Shown here in pieces: positions 52,601 through 64,000 of a DNA stretch of 64,000 nt (position 1 is the stretch's first letter; the number at the start of each line of letters is the position of its first letter). Position numbers and translations under genes: made by a program. Below the pieces are notes generated by a model. The model did not search any database and was not told the origin of the DNA. It saw only the letters and a program-made list of their open reading frames with translations. Location of the stretch: positions 139,316,001 to 139,380,000 of the forward strand of contig NC_058368.1 in assembly GCF_018350175.1 (NCBI RefSeq), written 5' to 3'. The stretch is from Felis catus (lineage: Eukaryota).

Positions 52601-52938
52601 TGTCAAAAGGGACAGTTAGGTTCTAAAATGCCTTAGGCTGATAAGTGGTTTGATAAGGGCACGCTTCATGCACGTAAGATCAAGAAGGGTGACTTCTCTG
52701 TCTACCAACTCTCACGGGATACTTAATATTAGCCCTAATTCCCTTAATATTCTGGGTTGTTCCTCTTCGACTGTACGGACGAGAAGAGGGAAGGGTAAGG
52801 TCTGAGGGCTAACACCACCTCTTCGTGTGCCCAGGTAAGGGGGCAAATCACAAGCTTCCCGTGCGACAACAACCCGGAAAACCTCCCCAAGACCGAGAAC
52901 TTGGTTCTAAAACTACCAGGCAATACCAGCTCACTCAC

Positions 52939-53083
52939 GCCGTCAGTCTAAGTAAAGATGGTAAACTGACTCGAGAGTCCAGACCTCTTGGCTTGGATCC
53001 CCGGAGGCTCCAAGCCTGCCTGAGCGGCGCGGCCACCTCGCAGGGGGGACGTCCTGGTCAGCTCTGCGGCATGAAAACTTGAC
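52939..53083 (-). other. GCNT4: Candidate non-coding 5' UTR exon (145 nt)
   Basis: Acceptor cttcgttgctttttaAG|G at 53085-53084 and donor ggc|GTGAGT at 52938-52933. Contains a short uORF, ATG CCG CAG AGC TGA. Confidence 0.4.
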
Positions 53084-54400
53084 CTTAAAAAGCAACGAAG
53101 CTCGTCCCTGCGGAGGGCACCGCCAGGAGGTCCGCCCCACAGCTTGCGATCTCCAAACTGGTGAGACCTCACCCCACCACCCCACCCCACCCCTCCCCTC
53201 CGCCCCAGAGCGCCCAGTGCTAATGGACAAGCCACTGGTGCAGCCCATCCCCGAGCGCCTCGTCCCTCTCCCGCCCACGCGCTTCCCGCCTACCAGGGAC
53301 GAGGACGCCAGGGACCCGAGTCTCGGGCAGCGTCGCAGGCGGCGCTGGGGCTGCGGTGAGGCTGGAGCGCTGGGTTGGGGGGGGGGGGAGGTGGGAATAG
53401 CCGGCGTCGCGCCCCCTCCCACTTGGCGCCCCTCGCCAGAGCGGCCCTTGTGCCGCGGGACGGAAACTGCGGGCCCCCAGCCTCGGAAAGGGCGCGTGCC
53501 GGAGCCGCGTTCTCACCGTTCGGGGAGAGTCCGGGGAAACCCTGGTGCGGACACGCCGCGCGGGTTCCCGAAGTTGCGGCGTCCGCGAGTGCCGAGGCGG
53601 GGTCACCCGCAATAGCCCCCGACTCCATCTCCGCCCGCCGGGTGCCCGCGCCCTTCCTCCCGGCACCCGCTAGGCGCGCAGCCAGGCCGGGGCTCAGCCC
53701 GGGATCCCGCTGCGGCACCCCGTGGTCGGCGTCCCCGCCCCCACCCCCCCCCCCGAGAGCAACGCGGCGCCCAAGTTTTCCCTAGCGGGAAAGTCAAAGT
53801 CTCGAGGAGGAGAGGGTCCGGCCGTCCCGGCCACTCCGGGGCTGGGATCGGAGCCCTGCACCCCGGCCCCGGCCGTTCCTCGCTGGCCTGCGCGGCCAAG
53901 TCGACTTACGAAAGGGAGCAGGGGAGCCCCGGACGCGGGGTCCCCGCGGCTGCAGAGGCCGTCCGGGAGGGGGCCGCGAGCTGCCCTCCGGGCTCCCAGC
54001 CCCTCTGCGGCGGCGGCGGCGGCGGCTCGCTCCCGCCTCCTCCCCTTTCGCCAACTCGGCGGCGCGCCCTGCTAGGGAGTTGCTTTCCCTCGGCCGGGGG
54101 TGGGAGAGCGCCGAGCGGCCCCCGTGACGTGGAGGAGAAAGGAGGAGCGCCGTCGCCGCGCTCCCGCAGCGGGAGCTCCCCGCCCCTGCACTCCGGGGTC
54201 CCCGCTCCAAGCTTGGGACAAAGTTGCGAGGCGCGCGCGGCGCGCTCCGCTCCGGCCGAGCCGCGCGGCTCTGCGCCGCTGCCCTGAGCGTCAACCAGGT
54301 TCGGGTGCCTCCCCGCGTTAAACAGACAAGAAATCCGAGGTCCGGGGAGCCAAGAGACTTGCCCAAAGTCGCTCAGAGGGCGGTGACAAAGCAAACTTAC
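52950..54400. promoter_or_regulatory. GCNT4: CpG island / GCNT4 promoter and first exon region
   Basis: Very GC- and CpG-rich ~1.4 kb with GC boxes and a (GCG)n tract at ~54007-54026. It is the only large CpG island upstream of the minus-strand CDS. Confidence 0.85.
53910..54070 (-). other. GCNT4: Candidate non-coding exon 1 of GCNT4 (5' end uncertain)
   Basis: Consensus donor ccctttc|GTAAGT at 53909-53904 on the minus strand, inside the CpG island. GC-rich UTR-like sequence lies upstream. Confidence 0.45.
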
Positions 54401-54800
54401 ATCTGCGACTCCTTGCTTTCCCCCAAGGCTGTGCTCTGTGAAGCTCGGGCCCTGCAGGATTTGCCTCGCTCTCATTGGTGAGACTGGGACAGTGTCCCAC
54501 GCAGCCGGGAGAAATATCTAGGAACAGCGTGGGAAGGTGGAGCTTTATGGCCAATAAATAGGGTACAAAGTTGTTTTCCGTCAGTGCCTACATGCCAGAT
54601 AGACACTCGAAGGCTTCCTTTTTACCCGAGAAAGCGGGGCGGGGTGGGGGTGGGGGGTCGGTGAGGGCGTCAGGCCTTGAGGGCGTGGGATCCGGTACCA
54701 GTCCTGATCCCGGAATAATTGAATGAAAGCAAGCTCAGACCTACTTAACCAACTAAGAAATATCTACAGCTTGAAATATACTAATTTTTGGAAGTGGATG

Positions 54801-55367
54801 TGATGCAGGCAGGCCAGTCTGAGGACACGGGAGAGGGGCCCCAAAGAACGAGCCAATAGGATCCTTGGCTTCGGGCAGGATAGAAATCACCTGTGAAAAG
54901 TTTATGGCATAGCGGGAGTGACCGAGAATAGCAGAGGGAGTGTCTGGGAGACTCCAAAGGGGGAATGAGTCTAGGGGTTGCTTTGGGTTAGGGATTTATA
55001 TTGGAAAGGTGTCCAGGGTATGCGTTCCTTGAGGATTCCAGGAGAGGGGCCAAAGGCACATGACAGGTGAATATTAGGTGTTATTTTAGAAGGTCCACGG
55101 TGTTGATGCCAGCCTCAGCCCAGATTTGATCGAAGCTAATGTCCTGGAATGAGTTTGGGATCTGGCTCTTCTTAGATGTTATCCGGTGTCTGAGAACTTA
55201 GGACAGAACTCAGAGAATAACTTTCTTATTTCCCCCTTGGAGTGGGAACATAGCTCCTCTGGTTTATGCAAACGCAAAAAATAGAACATGAGTAAATGGG
55301 GCCTAGCAGAAGAACAGCAGAGATGGAGCCTTTCTAAAAATGGAGTCCCTTCCGTTTCCCTATCTCA
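54801..55367 (-). mobile_element. Solo LTR, ERV1-like
   Basis: TG...CA termini; 4-bp TSD GATG at 54797-54800 and 55368-55371. Minus strand starts tgagatagggaaacggaagggactccattttt, with TATAAA at 55000-54995 and CATAAA at 54906-54901. Confidence 0.75.
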
Positions 55368-56292
55368 GATGCTTTATCTGTGCTGGCAGTTGTCTACTTC
55401 CAGAAGTCTCCTGCAGCACTCCTGTTCCTTTTAGGGCCAGAGGCTCCTAGGGCCTGACTTTTAGACCAGGAGGCCCACGAGGCAAGTCAGTCACAGCTGG
55501 TTTGCTGCTTCCTTCAGTGTCAGTCCGTGTTGACTAAGGGCTTGCCATATGCCTGGTTGGTGGGTGGAGAGCCAGATAAGACCAGACTCTGACACCCAGT
55601 GAATCCCAACTAGGGAGCACTGCATAAGACTCCGTATCCTTTACTCCCAGGATCTAGAGTCTGTCCACAGTAGTAGAGACTCTGAGACTACTCTGCCTCT
55701 TAAAAACTTCTCTGTGCCAGGGGAGCAAGTACTTCAAGATCCATTTTGCAGGCACTTTCAAGTAAATGGCCAGCTTTGCACTCATCTCCTTTTCCCCAAT
55801 GGGACCTCCTTTTTCCGCAAGAGTCACTAAAGATCAGGTAATTCACTCTGCTTGTCTCCCCCGTCTGCACACGAAGAAGATGATGATAAAAACAAGTAAG
55901 GCTTCTATCATCCATCTTGGGTGCTATTCTAAGATATCTATACAGACTCCTTTAATCATCACAAAGTTACGAAAGAGGTGCCATTTCTATTCTGATTTTA
56001 TAGATGACAAGAGGGAAGCAGGTGAAGTGAAATAAGTTGCCAATAAATGGAAGAGCCATAACTCAGACCCTGATGGGCTGCCCCAAGTATCCATGCTGTT
56101 AACAGCTGAGGAGACTGAGGCCTCTGAGACTGGGATTTGAATGGCCCACCGGCCCACACCAGCCCCCACTCGCACCACCGAAGCTTCTGGTTATCTCAAG
56201 CAAGGGGCGTTACGAAAGCCACACTCACAGAATTCCTCCCAAAGAGACCAGTTTTCTTATTCTGAATATATCCAATCAAAAGTGGTTATCCA

Positions 56293-56505
56293 GGGGCATC
56301 TGGGTGGCTCAGTCGGTAAAGGGTGCAACTTCTGCTCAGGTCATGATCTTGCAGTTTGTGAGTTAGACCCCGCATCAGGCTCTGTGCTGACCTCTCAGAA
56401 CCTGGATCCTGCTTCAGATTCTGTGTCTCCCCCCTCTTTCTGCCCCTCCCATGCTCATGCTCTGTCTCTGTCTCTCAATAATAAATAAATGTTAAAAAAT
56501 TTTTA
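56293..56505 (+). mobile_element. Can-SINE
   Basis: TSD aaaagtgg(t/g)tatcca. Confidence 0.9.
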
Positions 56506-56814
56506 AAAAGTGGGTATCCATTCACTCACTTGCTCCCCTGTCTCCAACTCCCAGATCAACCTACTTACTAGTCATAAAGCAAACTGTTTCTATGATGGGA
56601 CCTTAAAAAACACCTTTAGCATAAAGTTTGGGCACGTTGTTTTGGATTGTTCTATATTCAGACCATGCCCATTCTCTCCCTGCCCTCTCTATTCACTGCC
56701 ATCAATTAGTCCCTTTCCTTAAAACAGTGCCCCAAGTCTTCCAAAAGCTGATTGTCCAAGGCTGGATGGTGGCCATGGAAGGTCTCTGCTACGCTGTGCA
56801 GCACGCTCAGTATT

Positions 56815-57275
56815 CCTGTTAGTTTCCCAGAGCTGCCGTAACAAATTACCATGAACTAGGTGACTTAAAACAGTAGAAATGTATTCTTTCACAGTCTGAA
56901 CCCAGAAGCCTGAAATTAAGGGGTTGGCAGGGCCATGCTCCCTCTGAAAGCTCTAGGCAAGAATACTCCTCTGTCTCTTCCTCGCTTGCGGTGGTCAAGG
57001 GCACTCCTTGGCGCTCCTCGGCTTGCAGAAACATCACTTCAGACTTTGTTTCCTTTACTACGTTAGCCTTCTTTTGTGTGTGTGTGTGTCTTCTCTGTGT
57101 CCAAATTTCTGTCTTCTTTAGGGTTATGGGACACTGGGTTTAGGACCACCCTAATCCAGTATGACCTCATCTTAACTTGATTACATCTGCAAAGACCCTA
57201 TTTCCAAATAAGGTCAGGTCCACAGGTTCTGGGTGGACATGAATTTTGGGAGGACCCTATTCCACCAAGTACCAG
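56815..57275 (-). mobile_element. MaLR LTR (MLT1B/C-like)
   Basis: tagtttcccagagctgccgtaacaaattaccat...ggtgacttaaaacag...ccagtatgacctcatcttaac...aagaccctatttccaaataaggtca. Confidence 0.8.
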
Positions 57276-57784
57276 CCCTAAAAGTCACTGTTAATGAAAA
57301 TGTTTGCTTGAGCTAAGAATGCAAAGAGTTATAAATCACAGGGCCTCTCCTCCAAGTAAGACATTGTTCTTACAGACATAGTCCCTGTACCCAGAACATC
57401 AATAACCAACAGGACAGGAGATGCCAAGCGCCAAATGATGGGCCAAATGACAGCCATGCTCAGGAAGTCAGCCAAGGGGACACAGTCACTGAGGACACCA
57501 CTAAAGCACATCACTCTGAGCAGAGGGCAATCTAAGCACACCCTTGTAGGAAAGCAAAGATAAGTAAGGATAGCTTATCAAAAGCACAGCTGTGAGTGGG
57601 GAAGGCGTGCCTGGCAGAATTTTACTTCTGAAGTTTTACTGCAGAAATGAGAGGCTAAAAGGACACCTACCATATGGAGTATAAGAACATGGTAGATTAT
57701 TTGGCCACAATAATGGTATGTTGCAATGCCATTGCAATTAGCATGCTTTAAAGTGCTCTTTCCTTTCATTAATTTCATTCGGTC

Positions 57785-57981
57785 TTTTTTTTTTTTTTAA
57801 TGCTCTATTTATTTTTGAGAGAGCACAAGTGGGAGAGGCAGAGAGAGAGAGGGATGAAGGATCTGAAGGGAGCTCTGAGCTGCCAGCACAGAGCTGGATG
57901 CTGGGCTTGAACTCACGAAACACAAGATCATGACTTGAGCCGAAGTTGGATGCCCAACTGACTGAGCCACCCAGACGCCCC
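57785..57981 (-). mobile_element. Can-SINE
   Basis: TSD tcatt(c/t)ggtcttt. Confidence 0.88.
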
Positions 57982-59562
57982 TCATTTGGTCTTTATAACA
58001 GAGTGTCATCAGAGAAAAGGACATTATATCTTACATCTAAGGATCCTGGGGCTCAAAGGGGGCAAATAATTTGCTCAGGTCAAACAGCAAATCGGTTGGA
58101 GAATTGGTATGAAACACACTGGCCTCAATAGTCCTTGTTCAGGAATTTCCTTACCAAATGATGTTTTCCCCCGGGTGAGCCTTCCAGGACTGGCTGTGTT
58201 ATCCTTGGCCCAAGGAAAGCATCTCAAGAACAGGGTAATCCTGTAAGAAATGAAAAGCCCTCCTAAAGCCATGTGAATTCCAAATTGGAATTGTGATAAA
58301 CCTCCCCCAGACATCTGAATTGGTTTCACTAAACCTTCTGAGTATTTTTGGCTGTATTAAAGAATCTCCTTTGGCCTTCTAGAAACATAATAGGATACAG
58401 TGGCCTTCTGAGAAGCTCAGCTGATTACCTCATGAAAATAGAAGTTGGAGAAGTTGAGATGGTGGATACAAAAGGCAACAAATTACATCACAAAATGGTA
58501 AGCTGACAGAAACTGATAATCACAATTTCGTGTTGGATCTCACCAGTGTGGAGTCGTGCGCAGATGACCAGATCTTGGCATGTTTGAAAGATTTTCCCCT
58601 AAGAATCTGTAACTGTGGCAAGCAGCTGGAAGTAAGCAGAAAGTCTAACCTTGGGCTGAGTATCTGATGATTGATGTGTGTTTTCCTGGATTTTCCTTTA
58701 CTTAGTAATCAGGGAACTTGCTGTATCCTCTGCTGGCTGTGTTTAATGGTATGTTTAAGGATGAAATGCTTTTGAATCCAGTGTGATTCACTGAGTTCTT
58801 ACCTGTGCAAAGTGCTACACTGGTTGCTACAAGAGAATACAAAAATATAAGAGACAGTCCCTGACCTTGAAGAAAAGCCCATATCATTTAGGAGAGATGA
58901 GACCTAGAGATTAAAAATGGTATGAGTGGGGCTGCAATGATATTCTCAGCAGTTTCTCATCAATCAGTTGTCTGTTCAGATGCAACTTCTCTTGCCACCC
59001 TTTTTACAACAATGGCTTCCTGTACCTCCATATCACCTTCTAGCCCTTTATTTTGCTCTCTGGCCTTTATGACATTTGTCACTGTCTGAAATTAACTTCT
59101 TTGCTTGTTTACTCTGCTCCTAGACAGAGGACATGGAATTGTCTCATTTTTTGGTGTATTCCTAGCAGCTAAAAACAATGCTGGGCACATATTTGGTGCT
59201 CATGAAAATTTTCCAGACAAATGAATGAAGTACATATTAATCAACTGAAAATGGGCCAAGATAAGTTGAATTAATGTAGTGTTTCCCACATTTGACTGAT
59301 AAAACTTATATGGGCACTATCAAAAATTTTTTTGTGAAGATTTTGATTCAGTAAGCCTGGAATGGGGCCCAGGAATCTGTATTTTTAAGAAGCATCCCAA
59401 ATGATTCTTTTAATGGGACAAGTTTCAGAAACACAGGATTAATGCAGTGATTGATGCATTGATGGTGGTTGGAAAAAAAAACAAAACTGAAGTTACAAGA
59501 TCAGTTTCCAAAGATCAGTGGCTGCTCACTGGAATCACCTGGGAGAGATTTAAAAAACCCTG

Positions 59563-59723
59563 TGGGTGCCTGGGCGGCTCATTTGGTTAAGCAGCCTACT
59601 CTTGATTTCAGCTCAGGTCAGGTACTCATGGTTAGTGAGTCAGCTGTGCGGACAGCACAGAGCCTGCTTGGGATTCTGTCTCCCCCTCTTTGCCCCTCCC
59701 CCCCACATGGGTTTGCATGCTTG

Positions 59724-59755
<32 letters not shown>

Positions 59756-60647
59756 AAATAAATAAACTTACAAAAAAAAAATCCCGACAGCACAGACACT
59801 ACTCCAGATCAATGAAACTAGAATCTCTTGGGATGAGGCCTAGATTTGGTCTGGGTTTTAACATTCATCAGGTGTTCCTAATAAATATCCAAGACTGACA
59901 ATCCCCTGAGATCTGCAGAAATATTTTATAAGTACTTCATGTATATTGCTAGGTTGTGGTCCAGTGGCTTCCAGCTTATTGTGTCCCACAGCTAGAATCC
60001 TTGATCTCCTAGTCTGGAAGAAACACATGCAGACACTTACACAATAACCCAATTTGGGGAGAACTATAGTAACTTTTTGCTATTGTAAAACATGTTATTG
60101 GGGCGCCTGGGTGGCTCCGTTGGTTAAATGTCTGATTTCGGCTCAGATCATGAGCTCGTGGTTGGTGGGTTCGAACTGTGTGCTGACAGCTCAGAGCCTG
60201 GAGCCTGCTTCCAATTCTGTGTCTCCCTCTCACTGCCCCTCCCTCGCTTGCATTCTGTCTGTCTCTCTCTCTTAAAAATAAACAAACATTAAAAAAATTT
60301 AACAAAAAAGGTTATTTAAAGCAACAACTGAATAAAATCTCATGTACTTCATGGCCAGAGAAAAAAACACATACAATATTTTGAAGGTGAGAAAGCCAAC
60401 GCCCCTTGGGCATAGCCTAGATGGTTAGAATGAGTCATAGAGAGTAAAAATGCTATGCTTATAATAAAATGGGAGAAAACAGGGGCACCTGGATGGCTTA
60501 GTCAGTTAAGCGTCCGACTTTGGCTCAGGTCATGATCTTACAGTGTGTGGGTTCAAGCCCCGTGTCGGGCTCTGTGCTGACAGCTCGGAGCCTGGAGCCT
60601 GCTTCGGATTCTGTGTCTCCCTCTCTCTCTCTGCCCCTCCCACACTC

Positions 60648-60696
<49 letters not shown>

Positions 60697-60716
60697 AAAT
60701 AAAAAAAAAAAAAAAA
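59563..60716 (+). mobile_element. Three plus-strand Can-SINEs (~59563-59780, 60100-60310, 60482-60716)
   Basis: SINEC heads, (CT)n tracts and A-tails. Confidence 0.88.
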
Positions 60717-60922
60717 GGGAGGAAACATAGGAGAATCCTGAGTTTCTCTCGGAGGCCTACAGAAAGGTGAGAGGTGGCCCAGGAAAGAGAGAAAGGGGAA
60801 GATGTGGAAAGAGTCTGTAACAGTGGTTCTCAATCTGGCTGCATATTAAAATCACCTAAGGTGCTTAAGAAATTACCGATCCCAGACTCGTTCTCAAAGA
60901 TTTTCTGTATTAAGTATAGGGA

Positions 60923-60926
<4 letters not shown>

Positions 60927-60955
<29 letters not shown>
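60927..60955. repeat. (GT)n microsatellite
   Basis: ~14 units. Confidence 0.95.
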
Positions 60956-60957
<2 letters not shown>

Positions 60958-61039
60958 ATGCAGCAAGGTTGTTATTCACAGGTTCAGAGAGGGGAGCCCG
61001 GGCAATTTACCCCTCATAACAACAACAGCTATCATTTAT

Positions 61040-61180
61040 TTTTTTTATTTTTTTAATGTTTTTTATTTTTATTTTTGAGAGAGTCAGCACAGAGCCTGAC
61101 TCTGGGCTTGAACCCACAAACGTGAGATCATGACCTGAGCTGAAGTCCGTTGCTCAACTGACTGAGCCACCCAGGCGCCC
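61040..61180 (-). mobile_element. Internally deleted Can-SINE
   Basis: Head and tail present, CT-rich middle missing; TSD acagctatcatttatt. Confidence 0.85.
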
Positions 61181-63149
61181 TGACAGCTATCATTTATTGA
61201 GCAACCCCTCTGTGCCAGCCACAGTGGCTGATGCCTACTTTATGCAGCTTACCTCATTGAATCCTCACGTACATCTGAGGAGGAAGGTACGTTGGTAGCT
61301 CCATTTACAGACATGGAAACCTAGAGAGGGTCACAAGTTTCCCTAATTAGAGAGTGGCAGAGCTACGATGTCGGCCCCGAGCCTGCTCTCATATCCACTA
61401 TCTTGTCCTGCTTCAACCAAGGCAGGGTGTGATGAGGACGTCCTTAAGGAGAAACTCCCTGTGGCAGAGGTCATGTCCAGTCATTAAGTTTTGTGCTGTA
61501 CTGTGCTGGAACTCCTTCCCCTTTATCACGAAGCCTTCCGGGAAGCCCCTGCTCCACAACAGCTGGGGTGGGTGGTGCTTTGGGGAAAGGACCAGGTGGG
61601 GTGAGATCAGCATGAGGCAGAGGGATGTGGGAGGTGGTGAGAGCGTTAGTGGCTGAGAGCAGTGTCCAAGGACCAAGCTGACCAGTAGGCTGATGGAGTT
61701 TCATAGAAAAACAGCTACAGTAGAGAATGTAGAGAAACAGCAGCAGAGGGACCAAAAATGGGGCAGTGGCGGACTTTGCCCTGTGTGTTGACTGAGCGGC
61801 TCGAGTCTGTCCCCTTGGCTTCTATAGGAAAGGGACCTCCACCATTTTAGAGAGGGGCTCTCTGGGCTTGTGTTACGACACATAAAGTAATTTGTGACAG
61901 AGAGCCAGGTTCTTCCACATTTGACTGTCTACTTGTTTATTTATCCTGGATACCTTTTTTTTTTTTGGTTAAGTATCAAAATTTTCTTAAACCTCTCCAT
62001 ATCTACCACTAGCATTTCTGTTTCGGGGACCTTTTTACACGAGGAAACCTAATTTTTGTTTTGTTCTGTTTAGTCATTTCGTAACAGTTAATGTGTAGGC
62101 ATAATGAGCAGAGAACAAAAATGCTGTGCTGAGGTGAAGATGTTGGGTGATTGGCAAGTCTCACCCACCAGCTGGGTAACTTGTCTCACCACTTCCTGGC
62201 CTCCGGCTTTGAAGGACATGACCCAACTTCATATCTCAGCCAGCCTGCCAGACGTCATGGAACTTTAAGGTGTCTTGTGAAAATCTAAAAACAGAAATGT
62301 TAACTGCTTTTACTTTTAGAAATACCACTATTTACATTACAGCTTCAAATGTTTGCATCTGCCGTTCCTACTTTAAAGTCCCTGGCAAAGTAGCCTAAAT
62401 GAAAGAATGTGAAGTAACAAATATGTCCAAGGAATTTAAGGTTGACCATGCAGCCTGTACTCAGGGCTTAAATAGAGACTGAGGCAAGCTAATCTGACAT
62501 GGCCTCAAATTCTGTTCCTCTTATTTAGGTCCATAAAAGAATTATGGACGTGAGAACGTTATGATTAAGTTTAAGCAGAAGCTTACTGTATTTCTTGGCT
62601 TTAACAAGTTTAAGAATGATATAGCCCTGGTATCCTTCTGTGAAATAGGCTTCAACATAAATGTGCTGAGGAGAAATAGGAGAGGGTGTCCAAAGAAATA
62701 CACATGGTGGGTATGTGCTGTTATTCCTCATGGAACTGAGAATCCAAAGGGACTTAAAAGTCCAGGTCCTCTGGGCACATGCATTCATTTAAAAACAACA
62801 GGACAGTTTCCCATGAAAATTGAGTTTGGGCAATATTTCAGATGAATAAGCTTTACTCATTCTTTGCACTGGAACTCCCTAGATTGAGAAAGAGAGAGCC
62901 CAAGAACAGATACCAATGTGTTCATATTGCAACTCATCCAGTAAGACTGCTGCATTCCATTTGCCACTTATGTCTCCGTCTGCCATGACTACCTGTCATT
63001 CACTGAAGTGAGCAAATACTGACTCCCTCAGAGTGTGTAGGAGGAAGGAGTCGATACGGTCGTCATCACTCAAAATGATGTCAATACTCTTGTAATCATT
63101 TTGTATATATATAATCAGGCAAATACTTTTGGTTGAGAGAGAGGAAATA

Positions 63150-63385
63150 GATGGTAGCTGACAGCATGAGTTCTGAAGCCAGATTATTAGGTTTGAATCC
63201 CAGCTTTACCACTTGGTAGCTGTGTGACTTTGGGCCAAGTTACTTCATTCTGTCCCTCAGTTTCCTTATTTGTAAAACGGGAATAATATCTCTGCCTCAT
63301 AGGGTGTGGTGAGGATTAAATGAGTTATTACATTGAAAGTGGTTAACAATGACTGGTACATATTAAGTGTTCAATAAATATTGCT
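63150..63385 (+). mobile_element. MIR SINE (other MIR remnants near 16725-16935, 34680-34850, 35100-35330, 38730-38920, 40030-40240, 61190-61410)
   Basis: ggtttgaatcccagctttaccacttggtagctgtgtgactttgggccaagttacttc...cctcagtttccttatttgtaaaacggg...gtgaggattaaatgag. Confidence 0.8.
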
Positions 63386-64000
63386 CTTAGCCCAACTCTT
63401 ACCCCTCACACATATGTTTGGTGTTTTTGTTGGTTTGTTTTACTGACAGATTCTGGAATCCGTACAACGGACTACTCTCCTGCACATGGGCAAATCCTTT
63501 TTCCTCTCAACCAATCAAGTTAATCCTACTTCCCAGGCCAGTGACTAGTTTACAAATGGGCAGATGGTATAATTCTAGCCAATGAGACACAATGTACCGG
63601 GGTGGTCGTGGTGCTCGGAAAAGATGTGCATTGGAAGAAAGTTATTTCTGTTCTTCTTCTAATGAGGCTGTTTCTACATGTACACCTCCTGTAATAGCCC
63701 AGCCATCTTGGCACTGTGAAGGGAGCTGGAAGAAAGATGGAAACAATGTTGAGTTGAAGAATTAATGAAGTCTAAAGTTTCTACCTCTGGACTCATTACA
63801 GGAAATAAATTTTCCTTATTGTTTAAGCCATTTTTGAGTAGAGTTTTCTATTATTGTACCTGAAACCTTCTAACTGGTTGATATTTCTTGAGCATCTAGT
63901 ATGTTTGAGATATTTTATGGAAATAAGGTATAAATCTCTAAGCCTGATATCAACAAGTTTTCCAGCTATTTGCAGGGAGATGAACTATGAGAACGAATAA

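Noticed and set aside
52943..54481. Many overlapping 95-190 aa Pro/Arg/Gly/Ala-rich ORFs on both strands
   Set aside because: Expected from stop-codon scarcity in a CpG island; no domain similarity.
174..61180. tRNA-like A/B boxes and recurring ~200-nt repeats
   Set aside because: These are tRNA-derived Can-SINE heads, not tRNA genes. Their dispersed arrangement is not a CRISPR array or tandem system.
62525..62845. Overlapping 87/94-aa ORFs near the window end, considered as exons of a neighbouring gene (ANKRD31 flanks GCNT4 in human, from recall)
   Set aside because: No recognisable protein similarity and no convincing splice structure.

Overview
Mammalian, almost certainly felid (cat-like), genomic DNA, judged from ~35 Can-SINE/SINEC_Fc copies and carnivore L1 3' ends. 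It holds one intact protein-coding gene, GCNT4 (core 2 beta-1,6-N-acetylglucosaminyltransferase 3), on the minus strand. The 454-aa CDS lies in one exon (29808-28444), with a splice acceptor 1 nt before the ATG, a ~3.1-kb 3' UTR ending near 25330, and a CpG island at ~52950-54400 with candidate non-coding 5' exons. A full-length RPL10A processed pseudogene (8095-7168, minus) retains its 5' TOP, poly(A) signal, a decayed tail and TSDs. The rest is mostly interspersed repeats: young L1 3' ends (one 5'-inverted), old L1, MaLR and ERV1 LTRs, MER DNA transposons, MIR, L2 and microsatellites. I found no convincing undescribed biological system. The best leads are regulatory: a sense-oriented solo LTR upstream of the GCNT4 promoter, SINEs at or supplying GCNT4 poly(A) sites, splice-dependent Kozak context, a UPRE octamer in the promoter, and an unexplained local duplication. 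Repeat family names come from recalled consensus features, and their boundaries are approximate.
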